DNA of 64,000 nt, taken from Vairimorpha necatrix (taxonomy: Eukaryota). Below the pieces are notes generated by a model that had not been told where the DNA came from, did not search any database, and saw nothing but the letters and a program-made list of their open reading frames with translations. Both the position numbers and the translations under genes were made by a program. Location of the stretch: positions 434,001 through 498,000 of the forward strand of contig CP142736.1 in assembly GCA_036630325.1 (NCBI GenBank). The letters run 5' to 3'. This document shows, in pieces, positions 24,117 through 37,570 of this stretch. Position 1 is the stretch's first letter. Every line of letters begins with the position of its first letter.

Positions 24117-26830
24117 TGTTACAGTCAATGTGTACATTTACTAGACAATGCATAAATTCGCTAAAATTCGTAGTTAAAGTATTCATTGAAACTGAAATGA
24201 ACACATTACCTAGTGAATGTATACATTCACGGGCTGCTCCTAGTCAAAGTGTTCACTCACTATTAAAATGGACATTTTAACTAGTGAATGCATGCATTAT
24301 CTAGATAATGTATGCAGAACACTAACCAACTGCAGTAAAAGCGTTAATTAATAAATTTTAGAATAAAAGATATTTAAACAAGTTTTTACAGGCACAAGAC
24401 CATGATCAACGTTCTAGATTCAGATTAAAACATAAATGTTGAATCGGGAAATTGAAATTAGAACACACAATGATTAAGTTTGAACAGTAAAACTAGGTAT
24501 TATTAAATATAAATTTTAGTTTTAAATTGAAATACATAATAATTTAGAACAAAAGTTTGAACAACATAAATAAATTATAATATTAAATAAAATATATCGA
24601 AAAAATGAATAAATAATTGACTCGATGATGATTGCAATAAAGCTAATTAAAATATAAAATTAGAAAAGATATAAATATAGAGCAAAAAATAAAATAAATA
24701 GAAAGAATAATTTACTACATAAAAATAAATATAATTAGTACAGAACGTTATTAGTTTGCACAATTTAACTTCCATGACATTTGGAGTTGCACGATTTGCT
24801 TGCTTTAAGGCATGCACATCTTTTTGTTGCGCATTTTGTTTTGCACTGGCATTTAGATCCTCACTGTCCGCTACCTATCGACTGTTTGGTAGCTATAGTA
24901 CGTAATGCAATTGCATTGTTTTGAATATCATTTGGTTTTAATATACTTTCGGGACACACGTTAAATTGAGATCTGGAATATAATCCTTTAAAAAACCCAT
25001 TACGTGTTCCAATTTGAATTTAATCATCATCTGTTTTGGTGAATATATATTCTAGTACTGCACGTGAATCTCCCCGTCCTCTATCAACTTCCGGTACATT
25101 AATTCTAACTGTCATTCCCACCTCCGCCGAGGGAAGCGAAGCATCAGAAATTTGTTTCATGCGCTTAGCTTGCTTGTTCAAGTTTTCTTTTGCTTCTGCT
25201 CGGGCATAATTTATGCGTGATTGCACCGTACAAATATCGCATATTTTAATGCATTCCGAATTGAGTAAAATGTCACATCCATCACATTTTCGAGTCTCAG
25301 TGTCGGGAGATATACTAGTATGTTCCGTGTCATCTAGTAGCAATTCCTTGACGCTTTCATCGAAGATTATCTGATTCTAGATCTAGATCCTCTTCCTCAA
25401 TAACTTCAACTTGTGGAATCTTCTAGACACTTTCTTCATTACAGTTGATATTTTTAAGAATATTTTTCAAATCTTGTTCACTGTTTATACTGCTTAATGC
25501 CTCGTGTGGTAGGCAAGAAGAAGTAAGGCCGACATTGGCGAATTGTCCAAACATTGCCTCGTAAGGACTTCGCTTTATACCAGCGTGAAAAGCTCGATTT
25601 TTCATAAACTGCACATAACCCAGTCCTCTACTCCAATTACTAGTTTGATTATCTTGCATCCATGCGGTAAAATATTCTTAATATCTTGATTCGCACGCTC
25701 CACACTGCCTTTAGACTGGCTGTAGCATGGCTTCCCATGCACAATTTTTAATTCGGGCCACAAACCTTTGAAATTATCAATGACGTGGTTAACAAATTCA
25801 AGGCCATTGTCCGATTGCAAAATAGATGGTGCCCCAAAAAGTAAAAAAATTTGAAGGAGTTGATCAGCAACTTCATATGCTGTCTTATTCTTAAGGGCTC
25901 AAAGAATGATAAACTTTGTTAAGTGGTCCTGGTATACCAATATAAATTTATAATTCTCATCAGGCTGTGATTGGAAGTCAATTAAATCTACTTGACACCT
26001 TGAATTAAAATGAGAAAACACCATTGTGTTTCACCAAGCCTTTCTTTTCATTCGCCCTTTTTAAGGCACACTTCACAATTATTTAAAAAGGTTTGAATAT
26101 CTTGTGCTGTTATATTTTTAAAGCGAAGGTTAATCTCCCTTTTTATTCTGTCTCATCCTCCATGTCCAATTGATTTATGAGTTATACATAAAACTTCAAA
26201 CAATTCTTAAACAGTAACATAATACAGCACTTTTTCATTTGCTATTGGTGCAATTAGTTTATCCACATTATCCACATATACTGTATCATAATGTTTTAGC
26301 AACCAGAAGTGACGGGGGGTTTTTTTTCTGAACAGATTTAGCGAATTGCCCATCACTTATTAGTTGAGTATATCTTTCCGTAGTCATACGAAAGCCGTTG
26401 TTTTTTTTGTAGAGTATTCTCAATATACTGGTAGAATTTATCTTTCATTGCTTGTTTATCCATTTTTTTAAGGCTAAAAGTAATTAAAAATTATAAATTT
26501 CTATGGACAAAAAAATAAAAAACTCGCTTACCATCCAACAAACAGTTCAGTGTGTGCTCTCTCAAACAGCACAGATTGATCAACAGCTAACAGCACACAG
26601 TGCATCACGAATAACGATGTTAGACTTAAGGTTTCCCGGTAAATTTAACGATTTATCCAACGGATTATACACACAACACACTTTGACTAGGAGCAGCCCG
26701 TGAATGTATAATCCACTAGGAAATGTGTTCATTTCAGTTACAATGAATCTTTTAACTACGAATTTTAGCGAATTTATGCATTAACTAGTAAATGTATACA
26801 TTGACTGGAATGTACACTTTGACTGCAACA
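24117..26830 (-). mobile_element. Ginger2/GIN-like DNA transposon (KRBA2/SCAND3-like integrase)
   Basis: ~135-150-bp TIRs with TGT...ACA ends, flanked by (TA)n on both sides. Confidence 0.85.
24751..26463 (-). pseudogene. Integrase-type transposase with a C-terminal Cys cluster, fragmented
   Basis: QVDLID, YQDHLTKF, LQSDNG.EF and SKGSVERANQD motifs. C-terminus CQCKTKCATKRCAC..CNSKCH. Confidence 0.85.
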
Positions 26831-28141
26831 TATATATATAAAAATAATACAAAGTTTAGTAAAAACACTATGGGTATTAGTGAAGAAATAATTGTTGAGT
26901 TTAAGAAAAATTTAAAATTTTTATCAGCAAACAAAAAGGATTGCTACGAATTCATTGGTTTGTTTTATAAATATCTAGAAATTGGTAATTCTATTTAATT
27001 TCTAACAAAACAAATTTTTGAAAAAGAAGATATTGCTTTACTTATAATTTTAAACATATCTTTTAAATATAGATGAAAAATATTAAGCAATGGAGAAGTT
27101 TAAAGAAAGTAAAATATCTAGATCGATTTTAAAAGGTCAAATTAGGAGTGATGTCATTCAATATTTATCTAGCACGAATGCCTCTTAGTTTGATGGATGT
27201 ATGATAAAACTATGTTTATTTTTAGATGCAGACACGTTTAGAAGATACGACATTAAGACAGATACTATCTTATTACACCCCCTTAACGAAATAAGAAACG
27301 TCATTTGGGTAGATTCATTTTTCACAAGATCAACAATAAGAATAAATAAAAGCGCCAGCTATTTAATAAAAGTATGCAGAGAAATTTATGATGGTTTGAA
27401 AAATATAAGAAAATATAATGAAAGATCTATAAATTACATGAACGTGATTTTGAAATTTTTTAAGGAAATTGACGTTAGCATTGATGAAATTGAAGACTGG
27501 GAAAGAAACAGTTTAAAAGAAAAAAAAAGGAAAGAATTTATTAAATTAAAAAATAATCGATACGAGATTGATGATGTGATTATGAAGAAACTAGAAAAGA
27601 ATATACGATTAAAACAAAAGGAAATGATAAAATATTAAATATTGAAAAAAATACTCTTGGCTGAAAAAAAACAAATAGAATAAGAAATGAACGCAGCTTT
27701 AAATGATATAATCGAAAAGATATGATAATGCTAAAATAAAATATTATAAAAATAATGTACTATAAATAATGCAGTTAGAATGTGAGGTGCCATTCTGATC
27801 TCTCGGAGCTGCGTTTATTTGGTCATACTTCATTTTATTATTTTTAGTAAAATATTTACTTTTTATGCAACGTAAAAACCTTAAATTTATATCAGTATGT
27901 ATTTACAGTTACATAACAAAAAAAAAACTTTTACTAAAGATAACTCTTGTTTTGAGCAGGCGTTATATGGTTGCATAATTGTAAAGATTCATTTGGGTTA
28001 GATACACGGGCAATATTGTCTCCGACTTGGCCCAGCGGGGTTCAAAGAGAGGAAAAAAAATTATTTTAAAAAATAAAATCAGCAAAACGTAGAAAAGACA
28101 CGTAGCAAACAAATGTAATTCTTAAAAGAAAAGATCAATAA

Positions 28142-28465
28142 TGTGGTATTGAAATTACAATAAACAATTTATTCTTTATTTCTTTATAATTTCCATTTTT
28201 GTAAATAGGCCATTCGACAGGTCTATTCAAAAAATTAATTGTTTATTTAAATTTTAATCCTTGCCCAAAAACAATTAAGAATAAGAGAAAATGGCAGAAA
28301 CTTTGATAACTAGTACTTTTAGGATACAACGTCAAGGAAGAGATAACCCCCTGGGGACGACTTAATGCTTCTTTCGTATGGCCAACGTACTCATTGTACA
28401 ATACATAAAATCACATTAGATCTCATTGAATTATATTTGAAAATGGTAGCTCCTCTGGGTCGTCA
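28142..28465 (+). repeat. Solo LTR (lineage A-like), old
   Basis: TGTGGTATT...CGTCA, colinear with 21661-22947. Encodes DLIELYLK. TSD degenerate. Confidence 0.6.
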
Positions 28466-28603
28466 TATACATGTGTGTCCTATTAGCTTTACAATATGGT
28501 ATGTCAAATTTTATTTGGTGTCGCGCAAATATAATATGCATAAACCTTTTATAAATTTAAAAAAATATTTCCTCAAAAAATTATTACCAATAACCTAAAA
28601 AAT

Positions 28604-28887
28604 GTGTGTGGTACTTTCTTTTAAAAAAGCCAAACACGAAAATATTGCACCAAAAAGGCGCAGATGTACTCGTTTTTTAATTGATTTATTAATGGTGGAA
28701 CTCGTCTTTGTGGTTGCCTTTGTTATTGTTATAGTTATTCTTGTTCATTTCTATTTTTGTCGTACCCTTCTTTGAATATTTTTTATTTATAAAAAATAAT
28801 TTCTAGAAAATGCATTTTTGTTAAATATTACAATAAATTAAAAAAAAGAAATGTAACAATTGGGTGGTAGGATACCTTAGTGTAGCA
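28604..28887 (-). repeat. Possible solo LTR remnant (lineage A-like)
   Basis: The minus strand has AAGAAGGGTA followed by ATG, as in other lineage A LTRs. Ends are uncertain. Confidence 0.3.
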
Positions 28888-31800
28888 AGACTTCTAGCTC
28901 AAATCGTGAACGGTGGTAGTGTTAAGCGCAAAAAATGTTTTGCCCATAAAGTTACAACATACATAGCAGTAATTTACTCCGGTGTTTTCTCTATAAAATT
29001 CTTAGGAAAATTTTTTTATTCTTTCAATTCATTATGTATATATATATATATACATTTTCCTACTTAATATAAGTAATAACCTATAAATAATCACAAAAAA
29101 AGTATAAAAATTAATCATTTATCAGACAAGATACCTCAAAAATTAAATCGTGTGCATAGTTTTATTTTAATCTCATATAAATTTTCTATCGTCGATTTAC
29201 GACATTATATATAATTGGATTAATTTTGAAACAAATTTATATAAGACAATAACAAAGAGATTGTTTTTACATTGAATATCTAATTTTAAATATAGGTTTT
29301 ATCATTTACGTACATATTTTTAAAGATATTTTATAATATGTAGATAAAAAATATTTTAATTAAAAAACCTATTCTAAATATTTTATTAATCCTTAGGAAT
29401 AATACTCCCCTTGTAAATCAAATCTTTAAAATTGTAAGTCCGTCCTTCTTTCAGATTAGCATTTTGATACTTTGGTTCGACCGGAGATATTCTAAACTCT
29501 ATTTTTTACTAGATATTACAATTAAATTCTCAAAGAGCTTCAATTTATTTTTAAAAAATATTTTTGCACACTTTAAATCATCCGTACTTGTGTCTATCGA
29601 CGTTTCTGAGCTGTCCCATGAAAACATGGCCATTTTTTAAATATATCTCTTTGAGACTTTTGTTATATTAGATATTTTTATTATCATTAAAAATATTCTT
29701 TTGGTTATGATCACTTTTAAAATTAATTATGCCCTCCTTTCTTAAGATTTTATTTATAATTTTTTTTAAAAACTTGGAGTAAAAATAAAATAAAATTATG
29801 TTATGAAAAGACATAACATCCTGCCTCCTCTAGAAATTCAGCTGACTTAGATATATCCAGTCGTCGTATCGAATTAGTTTTACCCATCTTCCATTTATAC
29901 CTACTTCTGAGACTTTATAGGGTCCGGAATATTTTGGTTCTAATTTATTAGTAGAAGGATTTTTCCTGTAGACTTCTTGTCCACATGTTACGATATCAGT
30001 GTCATGAACCTCTGTTCTGCTTGGTTGACTGTATTTCATTTCCTTTGATTCTAGATCATAAAAACTTCTTTTAAATACGATTTCTCTTGAAGAGCAACCT
30101 ATCGTTGTATTTACGTTGTTATTAATTCTATGTTTAATGCTTTGAACTATACTCTTTATATTCCTTTTTTTATTTATCCTCAACATTTTGGAAATTGTCC
30201 TGTTAACTCTTTCTGACACTCCGTTACTTTGTGGATGATACGCAGGTATCAATTATTGTTTTATTCCTTGTTTTTGCAAATAATTTTGTACTAAATGGCT
30301 TGTATACTGAGTTCCGTTATTTGAAACTACCTTTTTTGTTTAGTAAAATGTTCTTGCCAAACTTCTAAGCAATTTATAACTTCTTGATTTCGAATTTTCT
30401 TATTAGAAAATATCTGTGTATATCTGGAAAATAGATCTGTAATGGTTAGTATAAAACCTTTGGTCGAGTAGTATGTACTCTCAAACTCCTTCAAACTAAA
30501 AGGTCCATAAAAGTCGGTACTATTTGCCTCAAATATTATCTCGCTGTATATTTTCACGTTGCTGTATTTTTTCTTATTCCTCTCTTTATTGATTAAACAT
30601 TTGCTGCATCTTTGACATACTTCAGTCATATTTCGTTTTATTTTAGTACCCAGTAGTGTTTTTTGATATTAAAATACATAGTTACTTTGCCGCAATGTTC
30701 AGATATTTCGTGTAAAAACTTTAAAAACTCTTTTGCTTTACTTTCAATAGTAATTGTTCTCTGTTTATTGTCTTTTAATAAATCTTTTATTTCCATTCTA
30801 TTATTTGCATATGTGAAATAGCTCCGTACCTTTTCGTCGTATTACTGTTTATCTGTTTTACCTTGCGATATATTATTACAACCGATAAGGGGTCTGCAAT
30901 GTTATTTTTCTTCCCATCTATAATAAAAATTTCAAAATTAAATTCGGTTAATAAAACTTAGTATCTTTCTAATCAATTCGAAATTTTCTTGTTCTCAAAT
31001 GTACAGTTTTTACTGTCTGTTTCAATTCTAACATAATTACCTTGTATTATTCTTCTAAAATAATCCATTAACTTAACTATAGCGAATAATTCACTTCCGA
31101 ACTTGAGAAATTCTTTGAATAATGCCCTATAAGTCCATGTGCTTGAATTAATACGGAGCCCATTCCTGTATCGAATGCATCACATTGTAATATAAACTTC
31201 TTAGTAAAATCTGGGCTAACTAGGGTAATTGACTTCTTGATAATTTTTACTATAGTATTGTTTTCCATTGTATGTGACGAGTTCAATTTTAATCCCTGGG
31301 TGTCGGGGGTTTCAATAAAATCATTACTTGTTTGATTCATGTAATTAAGTTTGGTACGAAGGTTCTAAACCAATTGATAATTCCTAGAAGCCTCTGTAAT
31401 TTTTTCTTGTTTTTCGGTTCCTAGTAGTATTTTCTCATCTAACTTCTTCAAATTTGCGCGTATTCCTTGATCGTTTACAATACATCCTAATAATTCTATT
31501 TCTGTCTTGCAAAACTTTGATTTATCAAAGTTGACTCGTACGTTATGATTTTTAAGTGTTTTCAGAACTGTATTAAAGTTTCGTCATGCGCATCTTTACT
31601 CTTCCCGTATATGACGATATCGTCGATATACACGAAAACATTATTAATTTCTTCTAAAAATTTTGATATAATTCTTTAAAATAGCTTCGGTTAATTTTTT
31701 CAAAACGGAATTCTTTTATATTGATAGTGCTTCCCTAGTATGTAAAATTCTGTAATCACTCTGCTCTCTTCATCTATTAGGGCTTGATCAAATCCGTTAG

Positions 31801-32111
31801 TGAGGTCTAATTGCGAATAGTATAGGTACACAGATAATAATAATAGATTGTCATGAATATACGGAATTTGATATATTTCATTAAGTATATATTTGTTCAC
31901 ATGTCTGTAATCTATCACCAATCTTAAATCCTTGTTTTTCTTTTCTATTACAAATGCCGAGCTGGCAAACTTAGAATTACATCTTTCTATAATTTCTTCG
32001 CTTTCTAATCGTGTTTATGTTTTTCACATCTTCCTACGTATGCCAATGGAACTTTATAAAGATGAGCTTCATAATACTTTAGGCTTTTTTCATAAACTAT
32101 TTTTTGTAAAG

Positions 32112-34861
32112 TGTGGACGGCGGATAGTCCAGATATCATGATTGGTAACTCTAATCAGTAAAACGTTTCAGTCTGTTACAATGTTTCAGAAATAAATATA
32201 AATACCTTTTTGGAATAACAATCATGGGTAAAAATAAATACAATTCAACTAAATCTCATATTTCGTCTAACGTCGACATTGGCGACAACGAAGATAGACC
32301 TGCAGGTAAAGACAGGCTGAGCACGTTATTAGAAACAGTGGGTTCTAGGAAAGACATAAGATCATTTGGTGGTAGTGATGGCATAGAAGTTGAGGCATGG
32401 TTTGAACAGTTTTCCTATTTGGAAGAAGAATGGAAAGGCGAAAAACTACTCGCGTATATGAAGCCACATGTTGTGGGGAAAGCAAAGAAATGGATGGTAG
32501 CTTTGGAAGACATCGAGTGCACTGATTTCACTACATTCAAAGTAGCTTTCACAACCAGGTTCAGTAAAACTCAAAGTACAACAAAAAATGAGACTAAAGA
32601 GATGTACAAACTTTAAATATCAGGTCCCCGAAATAATGACCTCGAAGAATTTACACTTGACATTATGGCAAAGAACCGAAATCTAAACTTAATTTTAGTG
32701 TTATAAAGTTTGATTAATCGAGCTTTCCCCAAGTGTTCTTTTCGAACAAGTGAAAGCATCGATTGATTGGAAGAGTCTTTTGAAAATCATAAAAAAAAAT
32801 AAAAAGCTAATTAAAGGACTATACAGTCCTATAAGATCGCCGATAGAAGTGAAATCTAAAAATTTGATATCGGCAAGTAAACAAGGAAAAGAATCTAAAA
32901 TTAACTTTGCTTGCTATAACTGTGGAGGACCACATGTTGCAAAGAAGTGTCCAAGCGATAAGCGTCGGCAGACAAAAGAAACTAAAGAGGTGATAAAACT
33001 TTATGAAGAAGAAGAAAATAAAACTGATTTAGTCTATTTGAAAGTTAAACTTAATAAAAAAACTTGTTGATGCCTTATTAGATACAGGCGCATCTAATTC
33101 TTTTATTGACAAAAGTTTAGTCAAAAAATGTAAGTTAAAAAATGTTAAAAGGGAACCCATAACAACTGCGACTGGGATAGTTTCTAGTTATGGTACTATA
33201 GAAGAAGTCCTGGAGATTGAGGGGAAGAAGTATAGGATCCCACTCCAGGTGATGTGTCCCTTAAGTGAAGACATAATATTAGGTAGAGACTTCCTAACAA
33301 GAAACGAAGGAAAAATTGATTTCCAAAAGAAGAGAGTACCCCCTAGGAACAATATTATGAAAACAGGATATATGAAAAAGAATATGGACTGTCTCGAGTT
33401 GAGACAATTATCCATAGAGACATCACGTCAGCCAAGTGTGCACAGTGCGTGTGACACCTCCTTAGGATTGGTAAAGGAGTACTTCAAAAGACTGAATGGA
33501 CGTGAAGAAGGTCTCGGGAACACGTTGGGAATAGCCCATAAAATTGATTTACTTCCCAACGTGACGATAGCAAATATATGAAGCTATGCCATGGATGGCA
33601 AAAAGAAAGAATTTATTATTAATGAATGCCTGGAACTGGCTAAAAATGGTATAATTAAAGAAAGTGTGAGTAGGTGGAACGCGCCTATTGTAGTTGTAAA
33701 GAAACGCACAGGAGGACACAGAATGTGTATAGATTATCGTCAGTTAAATAATCGGACGGCGAAGGAAGTTTGCCAACCTCCAACGATTGAAGAGTGTCTG
33801 AACTCTCTGAGCGGAGCTAGATGGTTCACACAGTTAGATCTAGAAAAGGGTTATCATCAAGTACCGATGGACCCAGAGCCGGAAGAGCTTATGGCATTTA
33901 TGTCGCCAGTAGGCAAATTTCAGTATTGTAAGATGCCTTTTGGATTAACGAACGCGCCCGCAACCTTCCAGAGACTCATGTATGGAGTTTTTAGGAATTT
34001 AATAAATTCAAAAGTCGTGGTTTATATGGACGATATTACCATATACAGTAAACACACGAAGAACATCACGGGGACGTGAAAGAACTATGGGGATCTAAAT
34101 TTAAACATTTATCTCCATATCATCCCCAGGCTAATGGTCTTGCAGAGAGAACAAACAAGACGATAATAGAAAAAATATCTAAAGCCATGGTAGATCATGA
34201 ACAAAACTGGGACAGAGTATTCTCATATGTGCTAATGCAATATAGGATAGGGATAGTAGAGCGTTTTAATGCCTCACCATTTATGTTATTATAGGGTAGA
34301 GAGCCGACAATTTCAAGTAATCTACTTGAGATCCCTAAAGACTTTGAGCTATATTTTATTGATCCAATTGGATACGTAAGACAGAAGAAAGAGAAATTAA
34401 ATGTCATCCAGCAAAATGTGAAGGAAGTAGAAGGTAAGAAATGAGAAAAGGTTAACGAACGAAACCTTGAGAAGTCAGACCCTAATGACTTAGAAATAGG
34501 AGATATGGTTCTTCTGAAGAAACATGCACTTTTAAAGAGAAAATTTGAATCACCATACGAATATGAAGAGTTTGAAATTATTGCCGCGAAAGGCAAGGGT
34601 GCTTATCAGATAAGAAGTCTTTATGGAAGAAAACCCTTTGACATTAATCGTAAGGATTTAGTTGTTGTAACTGAAACTGAAAAGACGATATCTTATTTGA
34701 TGAAGGGAAGAGTGTGGACGGCGGATAGTCCAGATATCATGAATGGTAATTCTAATCAGTAAAACGTTTCAGAAATAAATATAAATACCTTTTTGGAATT
34801 ACAATCATGGGTAAAAATAAATACAATTCAACTAAATCTCATATTTCGTCTAACGGCAACA
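32112..34861 (+). mobile_element. Internally deleted Ty3/Gypsy element (family F)
   Basis: LTRs at 32112-32278 and 34713-34861, flanked by GTAAAG on both sides. PBS TGGCGACAACGAAG. Gag CYNCGGPHVAKKC, PR LDTGA, and RT up to YMDD joined to the end of IN (NGLAER). Confidence 0.92.
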
Positions 34862-36162
34862 GTAAAGTGTTCGTTTTAATGCATTTAATACTATCGTTAT
34901 TAAGCTTATAGAGATCCATTGTTTTATTAAACTTTAGTTCTATCTCTGTTACCAAGCTGAGTTTCTCGAACAATAGATTATCTAGTTTACATTCCTTGCT
35001 CTTATCGTGGAATGATATGATCCTATTTTTATACTCTTCTAGGCCTAATTTATAGTTTAAGATAAATCCATTCCCATGCAAAAATTCCGTTCCTAATATC
35101 ATCTCATCAGATCCTTCCTGTAACACCTGCAATTTCACTAATCGTCACTCCATTAAGTCGTTTATTTCCCGATTTACCAATGTTGAGTTACAACTGGTTT
35201 CTGTCTGATTATTTGCTAACTTTACGTCTACGGTCGCATCTTCTTTAATTTCTAGTTAACTCGGTGGCTAGCTTGTTTCCTATAAAATTTTTTGTGGCAC
35301 CAGAGTCTAAGATTAACTTAGCATCTTTGCCGTCGATTTTAACAAAAAATTTTATGGCGCTTATCTTTGTCATAGGTTCGATAATTATTTTTCATCTCTT
35401 CAAGATTTCTTGAGCTTTATTGGTTGGTAGACTATTTGAATGTTAATTATAAAAGCATTCTTTGGTGTGATGTGAGTTATTCTTATGAATGGAACACCAT
35501 TTTCTATTGTTGTAGTTATTTCTTGGATTTGTAGCATTAAAATGTTTTTCCGGTTCATTGTTACCAACAAAATTATTTATATTCTTACTTTCGTAACGTA
35601 TGATTTCTTTGTTTATTACTCTGTCAAGGTTTTTTAAATATTCTAAAGCTTCCTGTAAATTTTTTTTTGTTCTTGCCTTTACTATCTCGAAGTTACTATT
35701 TCTTCCTAGTTTGCTAAAAAAACATTCACTCATATGCCTGTTGTATTCCGCCTTGCTTATGTTGTAGTAAGCGCTGTATATGACAATTATCTCATAAATA
35801 GCATCGTAATGCTCGGTCATCATTCGGTAGCTGATTTGTAAAATTTGAAATGCTCGCTCAAAATGTCACTGGTACTAGCACCATTTTTTTTACTTAATTA
35901 TATTTCTTCTAATTGTTACGCAATCTTTTGCAAAAATCTCATTATCTAATCGGGAATCTGGGATTAAATTCCTTAAAATTAAAACTTGTTGTTCATTTGC
36001 CCAGGCATTCTAGATCGTTATTATTTCAAATTCTATGAACCAGGTTGTAATGTTCTAGTTATCCATGTTTCTAATTATTCTTATTTTCTTGTTAAATTCC
36101 GTTTCTGTTCCTGAAATTCTAATCATTACTTGTAAAAAGTCATCTTCATTATCAGATTTATT

Positions 36163-37264
36163 GGCGCTCCTTAAATTCAAAATCACAGAGGTTAAAAAAA
36201 TTAAAAAGTCCACGAACATGTATTGTAGACATTCTAAAAAAAATTACAAATGCCCTTATGATTTTAAATTTAAGGAAAGCGATTTTGTGAATTATAATTT
36301 TTTACCCATAATGCAAGTTAGAATTCTCTACAGCATAATATTTGAGGAAGATGAAGCAGCCAAAGAATACTTAAAGGCTTTAACTTCTACAGAATACTAT
36401 AAAGTGTGACTGTGGTTGTTTTATGAACCAAGTAAAATCTAAAAACTACTTGCTAGGAATCTGTTTTTGTTGTACAAATGGCTGCAAAAAGCGGAAAGCA
36501 TTAAAATGGTACTTATCTACAAAAGTCCAGGATGCCCACACACATACAACTGAGAATACTGTATTGCTGGGTGATGAAAATGGCCAACACAATGGTCTCA
36601 GTAACATGAGAGGTCTCAGAGCCCACCTACATTTTTTTAAGGGCTTTATCTCAGAAAAAATAAAAAATGAAATAATACATTTTTTGTAAAAATAGGTGGG
36701 CCGGGAATTACTATTCAAGTCGACGAGACAGCAATATGTAGAGGTCGTATAATTACGAATCCTACGACAGAAGAAGACGATATCCCTGGGACGACTTGGC
36801 TAGCCGGAGGTATATAAAATGAAAGCAACAATTGCTTCTTTAAAATAGTTCCTAATAGGACTGCCCCTATAATGTTAGATCTATTTAGGGAGTATGTAGT
36901 AGAAGGAACTACAATAAAAACTGATGGGTTTGCTTCGTATCGTTCTGCTGTTCGCGATTTCAAATCTGTTCATATAGTCGTTAAACATAGTGTTGGTTTT
37001 ACTAATGACAATGGACAACATACTAGCAAAATATAGAATCTGTGGAGTCATTTAAAGACCGAATTGAAAACAAGAAGAGGAATAACGAAGGTAAATATGG
37101 AAGATTTTATATACGAGTTTCAATTATGATCTAAATATTTAAAAGAGAAGAATTCTGATGTTTATGCAGAAACTTTACAAGAATACTCTTGTTAGAATAA
37201 ATGTTTCTTGTTTTTACTTTTTTTAATTTTTTTAACCTTTGTGATTTTAAATTTAAGGAGCGCC
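36163..37264 (+). mobile_element. Merlin transposon, decayed
   Basis: TIR GGCGCTCCTTAAATT.AAAATCACA, TSD GATTTATT. IQVDET and KTDG remnants. Confidence 0.88.
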
Positions 37265-37570
37265 GATTTATTCTCCTTAAAATTATTTTTGTTATTCTCT
37301 TTTGAATTCAAAATTAGCTGTCACATGAATACATGATCATTTTTTAAATATACCTCTATGAAGCTTTTGTTATATTTGATATTTAAATGTTTTTTATCAT
37401 AAAAAATATTCTTTTGGTTATGATTACCTTTAAAATTCATCGTGCCCTCCTTTCTTAGAAATTTATCTATTATTTTTTTTGAAAAAAATTGGTGGGAAAA
37501 TAAATAAAATAAAATTATGTTATGAAAAGGCATAACAGTTTCATTGCTATTTTCTTTTGGGTTTTATATG

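Larger units (their letters stand above)
23013..27730 (+). pseudogene. Possible decayed host gene of unknown family, split by a Ginger element
   Basis: A run of same-strand ORF fragments (23205, 23399, 23655, ~26869, 27201-27638) with no recognisable TE motif. Boundaries are approximate. Confidence 0.3.
29607..37537 (-). mobile_element. Old Ty3/Gypsy element (lineage A, element E)
   Basis: Diverged LTRs at 37314-37537 and 29607-29818. TSD GTTTC, PPT AGGAGGCAGGA. Gag CSIHKNNSHHTKEC, PR LDSGA, RT YIDD, IN SNGVSER fragments. Confidence 0.88.
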
